From positions 1 through 40,159 of the forward strand of contig JALUTT010000081.1 in assembly GCA_027021705.1 (NCBI GenBank): 40,159 nucleotides of DNA, in the 5' to 3' direction. Each line of letters begins with the position of its first letter. Position 1 is the first letter of the stretch. Below the pieces are notes generated by a model that made no database searches, was not told where the DNA came from, and was given only the letters and a program-made list of their open reading frames with translations. The DNA is from Anaerolineae bacterium (GTDB lineage: Bacteria > Chloroflexota > Anaerolineae > S140-20). The position numbers were made by a program, and so were the translations under genes. Positions 9,195 to 18,581 of the stretch are shown here, piece after piece.

Positions 9195-11618
9195 ATGCTC
9201 CCTCTTCTGCTCTGGTGGCTCCTGATCCAGATCATCGGGCTGGCGGCCTGGCCGCTGGCCTTTCGCCTCTTCCGCCGGCTGCCCGACCGGGGGTACGGCA
9301 TCAGCAAGCCGCTGGGGTTGCTGCTGACAGGCTACTTCTTCTGGATGGGCGGCATCCTGGGCTTCCTGGGCAACGACGGGGGCGGGATGCTGTTGGCCCT
9401 GCTGCTCACCGTCGGGCTCTCCCTCTGGTTCTACCGGCAGGCCGACGAGGGGGAGCCGGGGCTGCCCGCCTGGATGCGGGCCAACGGGCGGCTCATCCTC
9501 GCCACGGAGGCCCTCTTCGCCGTTGCCCTGGCCGCGTGGACCCTCTACCGGGCCTACGTGCCCGACATCGAGACGGCGGGCGGCGAGAAGTTTATGGAAA
9601 TCGCCTTCCTGAACGCTATCCGGCGCAGCAGCGGGATGCCCCCCCACGATCCCTGGCTCTCCGGCTTCGCCATCAGCTACTACTACTTCGGCTACGTGCT
9701 GATGAGCCTGATGATCCGGCTCAGCGGCGTCCCCACGGCGGTGGGCTTCAACCTGGGCATCGCCCTCCTCTTCGCCCTCACCGGCACGGCGGCCTTCGGC
9801 CTGGTCTACAACCTGGTCACCGGTCGGCTGAACGTCCGCCTGCATCCCACGGCCCTCCGCTACGCGCTGCTGGGGGCCCTCTTCGTGCTGGTGCTCAGCA
9901 ATTGGGAGGGATCGCTGGAAGTGGCCCGCCAGGCCGGCCTGGGGCCTCCCGCCTTCTGGAAGGCGCTGGACATCCCGGAGCTGGACAAGCCTCCGTCCGC
10001 TGCCGAGGCAGCAGGGGGCTGGCGGCCCGCCCGTTTCCGCTGGTGGTGGCGGGCCTCGCGGGTCGTCACCGACCGGACGCCGACGGGGGATCGGCACGAG
10101 AACATTGACGAGTTCCCCTTCTTCAGCTTCTTGCTGGGGGATATGCACCCCCACGTCCTGGCCCTCCCCTTCGACCTGCTGGCGCTGACCATCGCGCTGA
10201 ACCTGTTGTGGGGAGGCAGGGAGGAAGGGGCACAGCAGGACAACAGGCCGGCCCGAGCCGCCGAGTGGGGGGTGATGGCACTGGCACTGGGGGGGTTGGG
10301 CTTCCTGAACACCTGGGACTTTCCCATCCACAGCCTCATCGTCGTGGCTGCGGTGGGGCTCCGGCGCATCCGCACCCAGGGCCTGGACCGGGGCATCAGG
10401 GCGGCTTTGCGCTTCGCCCTGACCTTGGGAGGGCTGGGTGTGCTCCTCTACCTGCCCTTCTACGTGGGCTTCCAGTCCCAGGCCTCGGGCCTACTGGTCC
10501 ACATCTTCAGCCCTACCCGGCTCCACCAGTTCCTGGTGATGTTCGGGCCGCTTCTGGCCGTCAACGGCGGCTTTCTGCTGATGCTGCTCCGGCGGGCGGA
10601 GGGCCAGACCCGGCTGCTGGCCTTCTGGACGGCCCTCTTGATCGCCCTACTGCTCCTCTTCTTCATCGGGCTGGTGCTCTTGACGCTCCAGGCGGTGCCG
10701 GCCGTCAGCCAGCGCATCGCGCCCTACCTGGGTGGGGTTGATGCGTTGCCCCAGGCCCTGGCCTGGATCGCCCGCGTCCGCCTCACCATGCCGTGGACGC
10801 TCCTCCTGCTGGCTGCCGGGCTGGGGGCGGCCTACGCGCTGGTCTGGCGGGAGTGGATGGGATCGGGGAATGCAAAAGCTTCCTGGCTCAGCGACGAGGA
10901 CGCCTTCGCCCTGCTCCTCATCGGCGCGGGGGCTGCCCTGACGCTGCTCCCTGATTTCGTCTACCTGCGGGACCTCTTCGGCGTTCGGCTCAACACCGTC
11001 TTCAAGTTCTACTACCAGGCCTGGCTCCTCTGGGCGGTGGCCGGGGCCTACGGTGTCCATCGCCTCCTGGAGCGGGGCTGGGGGGCTGCCGGCTGGAAGG
11101 TCCTCCTGCTGGCGGCGGCCCTAGGGCCGGGCTTCGTCTACCCGCCTCTGGCGATCTCCACCCGGACAGGTGAGTTCCAGGACACCCCCCGTCTGGACGG
11201 GACGCGCCAGTTCGCCCGAGCGCCCTATCCCGAGGACTACGCGGCGATCCAGTGGCTCAACGAGCACGTGGCGGATGCTCCCGTCATCCTGGAAAAGCCG
11301 GGGGGAGGCTACGAGTACGCGGGCCGTGTCTCCGCCCTCACGGGGCTGCCGACGGTGCTGGGCTGGGCCGGCCACGAGTATCAGTGGCGGGGTTCTTACG
11401 ACGAACAAGCCCGTCGTGAACGGGCGATCGAGACGATCTATGCCGGGACGGATCCCCAGGAGACGTGGGCACTCTTGGAGCAGTACGACGTCGCCTACGT
11501 CTATGTCGGACCGCTGGAGCGGGAGGCGTACCCGGCCGAGGGCCTGGCCAAGTTCGATCGGATGCTGAAGGTCGTCTACCAAAACCCCGGCGTGACCATC
11601 TACGCGGTCCGCCGGTGA
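9195..11618 (+). CDS. DUF2298 / Chlor_Arch_YYY family membrane protein (putative GT-C glycosyltransferase)
   Basis: 'GGEKFMEIAFLNA...PPHDPWLSGFAISYYYFGY', 'EFPFFSFLLGDMHPH', 'NTWDFP' and 'RLNTVFKFYYQ'. Paralog of the C-terminal half of the upstream gene. Confidence 0.88.
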   Translation: MLPLLLWWLLIQIIGLAAWPLAFRLFRRLPDRGYGISKPLGLLLTGYFFWMGGILGFLGNDGGGMLLALLLTVGLSLWFYRQADEGEPGLPAWMRANGRLILATEALFAVALAAWTLYRAYVPDIETAGGEKFMEIAFLNAIRRSSGMPPHDPWLSGFAISYYYFGYVLMSLMIRLSGVPTAVGFNLGIALLFALTGTAAFGLVYNLVTGRLNVRLHPTALRYALLGALFVLVLSNWEGSLEVARQAGLGPPAFWKALDIPELDKPPSAAEAAGGWRPARFRWWWRASRVVTDRTPTGDRHENIDEFPFFSFLLGDMHPHVLALPFDLLALTIALNLLWGGREEGAQQDNRPARAAEWGVMALALGGLGFLNTWDFPIHSLIVVAAVGLRRIRTQGLDRGIRAALRFALTLGGLGVLLYLPFYVGFQSQASGLLVHIFSPTRLHQFLVMFGPLLAVNGGFLLMLLRRAEGQTRLLAFWTALLIALLLLFFIGLVLLTLQAVPAVSQRIAPYLGGVDALPQALAWIARVRLTMPWTLLLLAAGLGAAYALVWREWMGSGNAKASWLSDEDAFALLLIGAGAALTLLPDFVYLRDLFGVRLNTVFKFYYQAWLLWAVAGAYGVHRLLERGWGAAGWKVLLLAAALGPGFVYPPLAISTRTGEFQDTPRLDGTRQFARAPYPEDYAAIQWLNEHVADAPVILEKPGGGYEYAGRVSALTGLPTVLGWAGHEYQWRGSYDEQARRERAIETIYAGTDPQETWALLEQYDVAYVYVGPLEREAYPAEGLAKFDRMLKVVYQNPGVTIYAVRR

Positions 11619-11654
11619 GGGAAGCTGCCGTTGCTGGTCGGCTGTTCCCCTTCG

Positions 11655-11663
11655 TGGTATAAT
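11655..11663 (+). promoter_or_regulatory. Extended -10 promoter
   Basis: TGGTATAAT in the intergenic region. No properly spaced -35 was found. Confidence 0.55.
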
Positions 11664-11705
11664 CTCCTCGGTCCTGCCATCTTTGTAAGCTGTGGCGGAC
11701 CCGGC

Positions 11706-11740
11706 AACCGTCGGGGCGGTTCCCCGACGGTTCCCCTTTG
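11706..11740 (+). terminator. Hairpin (terminator/attenuator-like) in the leader of the 11768 gene
   Basis: AACCGTCGGGG-cggtt-CCCCGACGGTT followed by CCCCTTTG. Confidence 0.45.
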
Positions 11741-11767
11741 TTCCCTGATCTTCATCAGGAGCCGAGG

Positions 11768-13660
11768 ATGAGTCGGCAGAACAGCCCGTCCAACACCCGC
11801 TGGGGCTGGTTGCTGTGGATTCTGGTGGCCCTGGTGGCGGCCGGCCTCCGCCTCTACCGCCTGAACGCTGCCCCGCTGACCGCCCAGGAGGCCACCCGTG
11901 CCCTGACGGCCCTTCATCTGGCAGATAGCCCCGCCCTCGCCTCCCCGACGACGGCCCCGAAGCTGCTGGAGCGGGCCTGGCGCACCCCTGACCTGCGGAC
12001 AGGGAGCCCCTCGCTGGTCGGAGGGGAGGCCCTGCTCTTCTTCCTCTTCGGGCCGGGGGATGGCACGGCCCGTCTCCTGTCGGCCCTCCTGGGAGTGGCC
12101 TTGGCCCTGGCCCCCTGGCTCTGGCACAGGCGGTTGGGGGAGGGGCGAGCCCTGATGATGGGGGCGTTGCTGGCCCTCTCGCCCACCGCCACGTTCCTCT
12201 CGCGTCAACTGGATGGTGCCGTTGCGGCTGCCCTGGGAACCCTGCTCCTGGTGATAGGGCTGGACCAGGCCCTAGCTGGCGCGTCCGATGGTGGAGCACA
12301 GGAGTTCCGGGTCCGAGGGCAGGGCCTGTCCCTGGCCACCGTTGGGGCCGTCCTGAGCCTTACCGCCAGCCCCCTGGCCTATACGGGGCTCCTGGCCGCA
12401 GGCGCAGCCCTGACCCTTGTCACCTCCCTCCGGTGGACATGGTCTGACGGGGCGCTCCCCGACCTAGCGGTCTGGGTGCGCCCTTATGCGCTGGCCTTCG
12501 GCGTGGGATTCCTGCTCCTGACGACAGCCTTCCTCTGGTGGCCGGCCGGGCTGGGGGAGGGGGCCAACCTGCCCTTGCTGTGGTTGCGCGGCTTTCTCTC
12601 CTCCGATCCGGAGGGCCTCTCCCTGGGCCGGGCCATGGCCTTGCTCGTCGTCTACGAGCCGCTGATCCTCTTCCTGGCCCTGGTCGCCGTCGAGGTCGCC
12701 CTGGTGCGGTGGGCGATGGCGATGCCTTTGGACGAGGACCGCCCCTTCGCCCTGCTGGCCTTGTGGGCCGGTGGGGCTCTCCTGCTCGCTTTGCTGCGCA
12801 CCGGACGGACGGCCGGCGACCTGCTGATGGCGCTGGTTCCCCTGGCCGGTCTGGGGAGCGGCGTGGCGATCCGCCCCATCAACGCCCTGGTCCAGAAGCG
12901 CGACTGGGAGGTGCAGGGACTCTACCTGGCCGTTGCCCTGGTGGGTTGGCTCTACTTCTGGTTCACCCTCTCCTCCTACGCCGCCTATCCTCAGCAGACG
13001 GTGCGGCTCGTCTTCGCCTTGCTGGCCCTGATCCTGCTCTTCTCCCTCATCGGCGCTTTCGCTTTCGTCGTAGGATGGCTGGCTGCACTGCGAGGGGCGT
13101 TGCTCTCCATCACCGTGGCTCTGGCTTTCTACACCTTCTTCACCGGCTGGGGCGCGGCCCAGCGGCGGCCCGCCGACCCGGCGGAGCTGCTCTACGTCGC
13201 ACCTACAGCACCTGAGGTCAGGGACCTGGTCGTAACCCTCTACCAGTTGGCCGATGAGGAAGGGCAGGAGCTGACCTGGTGGCCCATCACCGTGCTGGAC
13301 GAAGCACCGGGCAGCCCGGAGGAGGCCCGTCTGAGGGCACAACTTCCCCTGCTGGCCTGGTATCTGCGGCCTTTTCCTGAGGCTCGCCTTGAAGGGCCTT
13401 CCCCCGCCTTGACCCCCTCGGTGGTCATCACGGTGAACCCGGAGCCACCGCTGGGCGAGCGCTACGTGGGACGCGATTTCCCCCTGCAGCGCCGCTGGAC
13501 GGCTCCGAACCTAGGGTGCGTCCCGGTATCGTGGCAGGGGTGCGATCGGTTGGTCCGTTGGCTCACCTTCCGGCGGCTGAGGGGCGATTCTGGCCTGCAG
13601 GAGAGCCCTGTCTACCTGTGGCGCTTGAAGGAGACGCGCAGCCGAGGAAACCCAAAATGA
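11768..13660 (+). CDS. Polytopic membrane protein, divergent GT39/TIGR03663-like GT-C
   Basis: AGGAG RBS. 'LRLYRL', 'FGPGDGTARL', 'ALSPTATFLSR', 'VVYEPL' and 'ELLYV' align with motifs of the downstream TIGR03663 protein. Confidence 0.7.
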   Translation: MSRQNSPSNTRWGWLLWILVALVAAGLRLYRLNAAPLTAQEATRALTALHLADSPALASPTTAPKLLERAWRTPDLRTGSPSLVGGEALLFFLFGPGDGTARLLSALLGVALALAPWLWHRRLGEGRALMMGALLALSPTATFLSRQLDGAVAAALGTLLLVIGLDQALAGASDGGAQEFRVRGQGLSLATVGAVLSLTASPLAYTGLLAAGAALTLVTSLRWTWSDGALPDLAVWVRPYALAFGVGFLLLTTAFLWWPAGLGEGANLPLLWLRGFLSSDPEGLSLGRAMALLVVYEPLILFLALVAVEVALVRWAMAMPLDEDRPFALLALWAGGALLLALLRTGRTAGDLLMALVPLAGLGSGVAIRPINALVQKRDWEVQGLYLAVALVGWLYFWFTLSSYAAYPQQTVRLVFALLALILLFSLIGAFAFVVGWLAALRGALLSITVALAFYTFFTGWGAAQRRPADPAELLYVAPTAPEVRDLVVTLYQLADEEGQELTWWPITVLDEAPGSPEEARLRAQLPLLAWYLRPFPEARLEGPSPALTPSVVITVNPEPPLGERYVGRDFPLQRRWTAPNLGCVPVSWQGCDRLVRWLTFRRLRGDSGLQESPVYLWRLKETRSRGNPK

Positions 13661-13677
13661 GCAAATGAGGAACGAGG

Positions 13678-16600
13678 ATGCGTAAACGCAGACAGAACCC
13701 CCTAGCGCGAGAGATGACGCTGGTCCAACCCGAGGCCCTGGATCTCGAAATGCCCGAGGAGAGCGTCGAAGCTCCCCTGCCTGGGGCGGTGTGGACATTA
13801 CACCTGGACCGAGAGAAGCTGCTCTACGCTCTCTTCATCGCCCTCGCTTTGGTTATGCGGCTGTGGGACCTGGGGGTGCGGGTGATGAGCCACGACGAGA
13901 GCCTGCACACCCAATTCTCCTGGCACCTCTACCGCGATCTGGGCTACCAGCACACCCCGCTGATGCACGGTCCCTTCCTCTTCCACGCCACGGCCCTCTC
14001 CTACCTGCTCTTCGGCGACAACGACTTCACAGCCCGATTGCCCGTAGCCCTCCTAGGGGTCGCCCTGGTTGCCCTCCCCTACTTCCTGCGTCGCTGGCTG
14101 GGGCGGGTGGGGGCTCTGGCGACCTCCCTGGGGCTCCTCATCTCGCCGGCCATTCTCTACTACTCCCGCTACATCCGCCACGACATCCCCGTCATCCTCT
14201 GGTCTCTCATCGTTATCACGCTCACCTTTAGCTATTTGGAGTCTCCCCGCGAACGCAAGCTTTACGGAATAGCGGCCGCTCTCTCGCTGATGTATGCCAC
14301 CAAGGAGGTCGCTTTCATCTACACGGCTATCCTGGGGCTCTTCCTGGTGGGGCTCTTCCTGGAGCGCTGGTTGCGCTCCGACCGGCAGGTGGCTCTGATG
14401 CGCTTTTTCCAGACAGCCGGCATCCTCCTGGTGGGCTTCGTCGCCGTCGTCCTGGTGCTGCGGGTGCTCTACCGCCTCTTCCTGATGGACATCACAGAGC
14501 CGGGCACCGTGATTACCATCCAGGGGGGTGCCCTTGCTATGCGCCTTCTGGTTCTGCTCATCGTGGCCGCCGTCTTCGGCCTGCTCGCCCATCGGGCTCT
14601 GGCCACCTGGATGCCCCAAGCCCTGAAAGAGGATCCCGCTTTCGACCTCATCATCCTGATCGGCACCTTGATCCTGCCCTGGCTCTCCCCCCTGGTCTCC
14701 AAGCTCATCTTCGACTTCAATCCTCTGGACTACAGCGAGATGGGGGTGCTCCGCTCGGCAGGCATCCTCTTCCCCTTCGTTGCCCTGGCCATCGCCATCG
14801 GGGTCTGGTGGAACCCGCAGCGCTGGATGACGGCGGCGGCCATCTTCTACGCCATCTTCGCCGTCCTCTTCACCACCCTCTTCACCAACAGCGCCGGCAT
14901 CGCCAGCGGCCTGGTGGGGTCGCTGGGCTACTGGCTGGAGCAGCAGGGGGTGCAGCGGGGCAGCCAGCCCCCCTACTACTACCTGATGCTCGTTCCCCTC
15001 TACGAGTACCTCCCCATCGTGGGGACGCTGAGCGCCTGGTTCGTCTGGAACGGGCGACGACGGCGGTGGGACCTGGTTTACTGGACGGCGGCCCTGCTGA
15101 TCATCGCCCTCCTCTGGCTGGTTGCTGCCTTCGCCCTCCAGCCGAGCTTTATGTTCACCCGACCGGAACCGAACCCGCTGGTGGACAGGCTTCTGGTCGT
15201 GCTGCCGGCCCTCCTGCTCTTCGCGGCCTACCTGCTCTGGCTGAACCGAAGGCGCTTCTGGCCAGAACGGGAGACCGCCGCTCCCCAACCATCTATGCGC
15301 CCGGAGGAGAGCCGCTTCGTCGCCTTCGTCCTCTTCTGGACAGCCCTCACCTGGGTGGGGTACACCTACGCCGGTGAGAAGATGCCCTGGCTGACCACCC
15401 ACTTCGCCGTGCCGATGATCCTTCTCACCGGCTGGACGGTCGGCTCGGTGCTGCAGGGGGTGAACTGGCGGCGGGCCTGGCGCGAGGGGCTGTGGGGCGT
15501 TGTCCTGGCCGCCCTCCTCCTGGTGCCGGCCCTCGTCCAGATCCTCCGCCCTTTCTTCCTGGCCCCCGCCCAAAAGGAGCCCTTCCTGGGCCGCTCGCTG
15601 GAAGCGCTGCGGGTTACCGGCCAGTGGCTGACCGCGTTGGCCGTCGCCGTGGGAATGATCGTCTGGCTCTATCGCCTCTGGCGCAGGCTGGGGGGAACGG
15701 TCATCCGACGGACCCTCTACCTGACCGGGATGGGCCTGCTGGCGCTGTTGACGCTGCGCACCGCCTGGATGTTCGCTTACATCAACTATGACTACCCCAC
15801 CGAGTACATGGTCTACGCCCACGGCGGGGCCGACGTCAAGCTCGCCCTCCGGCGCATCGAGCAGATCTCGAAGATGACCGTCGGAGACCGGCTCATCAAG
15901 GTCGCCTACGGGGAGGATGGCTCCTGGCCCTTCCACTGGTACTTCCGGGAGAGCCAGTACCCCAACGCCGTCTTCTACGGCAAGACCCCCAGCCGGGAGC
16001 AGATGGAAGCGCCCATCATCATCGCCGGCCAGAAGGAGTGGAACGTCGTCGAGCCCTACCTGGGGGACAAGTATATCAGCTTCACCTACACCTACCTCTG
16101 GTGGCCCAACGAGGGCTACCGGGGGATGACGTGGGACCGAATCCGCAACGCCATCGTAGACCCGGTGATGCGGGCGGCGGTGTGGGACATCATCTTCAAC
16201 CGGGATTACCGGAAGTACGCTGCGGCCATCGGCAAAGAGGACCTGGTGCTCAGCAACTGGGACCCCCACAACGCCTTCAAGCTGTACATACGCAAGGACC
16301 TGGCGGCCAAGGTATGGGACCTGGGGCCGGGTGTGGTCACGGCACCGCCTACAGAGGAGGAGGAGAATCCTTACGCCGGCCTGGAGCGCATCGCCACCGC
16401 CATCTGGGTGCGGGGGAGCGAGGGCAGCGGTCCCGGTCAGTTCCGAGGTCCCCGGGGCCTGGCCCTGGGCGATGACGGCACCCTCTACGTGGCCGATGCC
16501 AACAACCACCGCATCGTGGCGTTGAACCAGGATGGGGAGTTCCTCTTCGCCTTCGGCTCTCGCTGCGCCCTCCAGGAGGAGGGCACTCCCGGCTGCGTGG

Positions 16601-17349
16601 ACCCCGACGGGGACGGGCCGCTCGCCGTGGGCGACGGTCAGTTCAACGAGCCCTGGGGGGTGGGCGTCGGCCCGGAGGGCCACCTCTACGTCGCCGACAC
16701 TTGGAACCACCGCATTCAGGTCTTCACCAGCCAGGGGGAGTTCCTGACCAAGTGGGGTGTGTTGGGGCAGGTGACCACGGGCGTCGGTGGCGAGGGCCTC
16801 TTCTACGGCCCCCGGGACGTGGTCGTTAGCAGCGCCCGTGAGGTCTTCGTCAGCGACACGGGCAACAAGCGGATCCAGGTCTTCACCACCGAGGGGATGT
16901 TCCTGCGCCAGTGGGGCGGCGGCGGTGTCATCGAGGGGAGGATGGACGAGCCGGTGGGGATCGCCTTCAACGCCGATCAGACCGCCCTCTACGTCGCCGA
17001 TACCTGGAACCGACGGGTACAGGTCTTCCTGCCGACGACGGGGGACTACCTGCGCCAGTGGTCCGTCGCCGGCTGGTACGGGCAGTCCATCGTCAACAAG
17101 CCCTACATCGCCGTGGACGCCCAGGAGCGGGTCTACGTCACCGACCCCGAACGCTACCGCATCCTGGTCTTCGACCGGGAGGGAAAGCCCCTGGCCGTCC
17201 TGGGGCGCTACGGTTTCGATGAAACCTCCTTCGCCCTCCCCACCGGCATCGCCGTGGACGCCGAGGGGAACATCTACGTCAGCGACGCCGTGGGCAACCG
17301 TATCCTGAAGTTCCCGCCGTTGGAAGCCTGGCAGCCGTCTGGTGAGTGA
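13678..17349 (+). CDS. TIGR03663-like (Agl23-like) GT-C membrane protein with a C-terminal NHL-repeat beta-propeller
   Basis: 'RLWDLG.RVMSHDESLH', 'PLMHGPFLFH', 'YYSRYIRHD', 'TKE' and 'AGEKMPWL'. About six NHL repeats follow (e.g. 'QFNEPWGVGVGPEGHLYVADTWNHRIQVF'). Confidence 0.85.
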   Translation: MRKRRQNPLAREMTLVQPEALDLEMPEESVEAPLPGAVWTLHLDREKLLYALFIALALVMRLWDLGVRVMSHDESLHTQFSWHLYRDLGYQHTPLMHGPFLFHATALSYLLFGDNDFTARLPVALLGVALVALPYFLRRWLGRVGALATSLGLLISPAILYYSRYIRHDIPVILWSLIVITLTFSYLESPRERKLYGIAAALSLMYATKEVAFIYTAILGLFLVGLFLERWLRSDRQVALMRFFQTAGILLVGFVAVVLVLRVLYRLFLMDITEPGTVITIQGGALAMRLLVLLIVAAVFGLLAHRALATWMPQALKEDPAFDLIILIGTLILPWLSPLVSKLIFDFNPLDYSEMGVLRSAGILFPFVALAIAIGVWWNPQRWMTAAAIFYAIFAVLFTTLFTNSAGIASGLVGSLGYWLEQQGVQRGSQPPYYYLMLVPLYEYLPIVGTLSAWFVWNGRRRRWDLVYWTAALLIIALLWLVAAFALQPSFMFTRPEPNPLVDRLLVVLPALLLFAAYLLWLNRRRFWPERETAAPQPSMRPEESRFVAFVLFWTALTWVGYTYAGEKMPWLTTHFAVPMILLTGWTVGSVLQGVNWRRAWREGLWGVVLAALLLVPALVQILRPFFLAPAQKEPFLGRSLEALRVTGQWLTALAVAVGMIVWLYRLWRRLGGTVIRRTLYLTGMGLLALLTLRTAWMFAYINYDYPTEYMVYAHGGADVKLALRRIEQISKMTVGDRLIKVAYGEDGSWPFHWYFRESQYPNAVFYGKTPSREQMEAPIIIAGQKEWNVVEPYLGDKYISFTYTYLWWPNEGYRGMTWDRIRNAIVDPVMRAAVWDIIFNRDYRKYAAAIGKEDLVLSNWDPHNAFKLYIRKDLAAKVWDLGPGVVTAPPTEEEENPYAGLERIATAIWVRGSEGSGPGQFRGPRGLALGDDGTLYVADANNHRIVALNQDGEFLFAFGSRCALQEEGTPGCVDPDGDGPLAVGDGQFNEPWGVGVGPEGHLYVADTWNHRIQVFTSQGEFLTKWGVLGQVTTGVGGEGLFYGPRDVVVSSAREVFVSDTGNKRIQVFTTEGMFLRQWGGGGVIEGRMDEPVGIAFNADQTALYVADTWNRRVQVFLPTTGDYLRQWSVAGWYGQSIVNKPYIAVDAQERVYVTDPERYRILVFDREGKPLAVLGRYGFDETSFALPTGIAVDAEGNIYVSDAVGNRILKFPPLEAWQPSGE

Positions 17350-17364
17350 ACGGAGAGCGAGCTC

Positions 17365-18414
17365 GTGGAGGAATGGGACGAGCAGGTCAGTGGGGAGTTG
17401 CCTCACCCCTATGACCGAGTGCTGAAGGTCCTGGTGCGGAACTACCCGGAGGGCTTCCTCCAGATCGCCCTGCCGGGGGTATCTGTGCGGCTGGTGGGGA
17501 CGCTGGAGAACGTGGAGCTGGCGCTCCCGGAGCGGCGGGTAGACTTTGTGCACCGGGTGGTGTACAATGAGGACGAGGAGCGGTTGCTCCACATCGAGTT
17601 TCAACTGGGGCATCGGGCGGAAGTTCCCCGTCGGCTCTTCGTCTACTCCGCAGCGCTGACAGAGCAGTTCGACCTGCCCGTCGTCTCGCTGGTCTTCTAC
17701 CTGACCCGTCGGCAAGCGCCGCTGCCCTCGGCCTATGAAGTCCGGGTCGGCGAGGTCGTCACCAACCGGTTCGAGTACACGGTGGTGAAGCTGTGGGAGT
17801 ACGAGGAGGAGATCCGGGCGGGGCGCTGGCCGGAGCTGGCCCCGCTCTTGCTGCTCTTCACCGAACGACCGGACGCGACCGTCCTGGCCGAGGAGCGGGC
17901 GCTGATCCTCCAGGAGGCCGATGCCCGCAAGCGGGCGGACTTGCTGGCCTGTGCCGTGACCATCGGGAGTCGCTACTTCGACCGGGATTTTCTGTGGCGG
18001 TTCTTCCGCGAGGAGGTGGAGATGCTGAGGGAGGCAAGCTTCATCGAGGAATGGCTGAAGGAGAAGCTGGAGGAGGGACGTATGCAGGGGCTTCAGCAAG
18101 GGCTCCAGCAGGGGCTTCAGCAAGGGCTCCAGCAAGGGCTTCAGCAGGGGCTTCAGCAGGGGATCCGGCAGGGGCTCCAGCAGGGCATCCGGGTCGGTCG
18201 GGAGGAGGGCAAGCGGCTGGAGCGGCAGCGGATCCTGCGGCGCATCCTGGAACACCGCTTCGAGCGCCTTCCCGCCCACCTGGATGATCGGCTGGACCCG
18301 CTGTCGCTGGAGCAACTGGACCGCCTGGTGGACGTAGCCCTGAGCGTCGCCACCCTGGACGACTTCGAGGCTGCCCTGACCGAAGTCTCTCACTCTGATA
18401 AGCGCAACACGTAA
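17365..18414 (+). CDS. Rpn/YhgA-like recombination-promoting nuclease (PD-(D/E)XK fold) with a DUF4351-like C-terminus
   Basis: 'HPYDRVLK', 'RVDFV', 'LLHIEFQ', '(QGLQ)n' repeats and a C-terminal 'ILEHRF...LSLEQLDRL'. Confidence 0.8.
   Translation: MEEWDEQVSGELPHPYDRVLKVLVRNYPEGFLQIALPGVSVRLVGTLENVELALPERRVDFVHRVVYNEDEERLLHIEFQLGHRAEVPRRLFVYSAALTEQFDLPVVSLVFYLTRRQAPLPSAYEVRVGEVVTNRFEYTVVKLWEYEEEIRAGRWPELAPLLLLFTERPDATVLAEERALILQEADARKRADLLACAVTIGSRYFDRDFLWRFFREEVEMLREASFIEEWLKEKLEEGRMQGLQQGLQQGLQQGLQQGLQQGLQQGIRQGLQQGIRVGREEGKRLERQRILRRILEHRFERLPAHLDDRLDPLSLEQLDRLVDVALSVATLDDFEAALTEVSHSDKRNT
18022..18414 (+). CDS. Predicted nested in-frame small protein (RpnS-like, 130 aa)
   Basis: An internal AGGAGG (18011-18016) lies 5 nt before the in-frame ATG 18022, just ahead of the repeat/C-terminal domain. 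Confidence 0.55.
   Translation: MLREASFIEEWLKEKLEEGRMQGLQQGLQQGLQQGLQQGLQQGLQQGIRQGLQQGIRVGREEGKRLERQRILRRILEHRFERLPAHLDDRLDPLSLEQLDRLVDVALSVATLDDFEAALTEVSHSDKRNT
18085..18192 (+). repeat. 12-bp coding tandem repeat, 9 units (QGLQ/QGIR)
   Basis: CAGGGGCTTCAG / CAAGGGCTCCAG variants in tandem. Confidence 0.9.
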
Positions 18415-18421
18415 CGCGCAA

Positions 18422-18543
18422 GTATCTATTCAGCCTACCCTCCCGCAGGTCACCGGTCGAGGGCGCTTTCAGCCCCGATGGGCTATTGGAAGCACGGTTT
18501 CGCGTCGGAAACGCGCCTAACCTGCGGGAGGGTGAACAGTTAC
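18422..18543. mobile_element. MITE/REP-like family B, long copy (~122 bp)
   Basis: Inverted ends GTATCTATTCAGCCTACCCTCCCGCAGGT ... ACCTGCGGGAGGGTGAACAGTTAC. It has about 55 bp more internal sequence than the 9114 copy. Confidence 0.7.
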
Positions 18544-18581
18544 ACGCACAACACGTCAAACATCCTGTCAGGAGGCTTTCT

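Noticed and set aside
18085..18192. Possible CRISPR or non-coding repeat
   Set aside because: It is an in-frame coding repeat (QGLQ) typical of Rpn-like proteins and has no spacers.
14053..18393. 1446-aa minus-strand ORF, and similar long antisense ORFs (3615-4955, 5232-6926, 8154-10331, 26546-28972, 35101-37098)
   Set aside because: These are shadow ORFs opposite well-supported genes. High GC3 codon bias suppresses stops on the antisense strand, and they contain no recognisable motifs.
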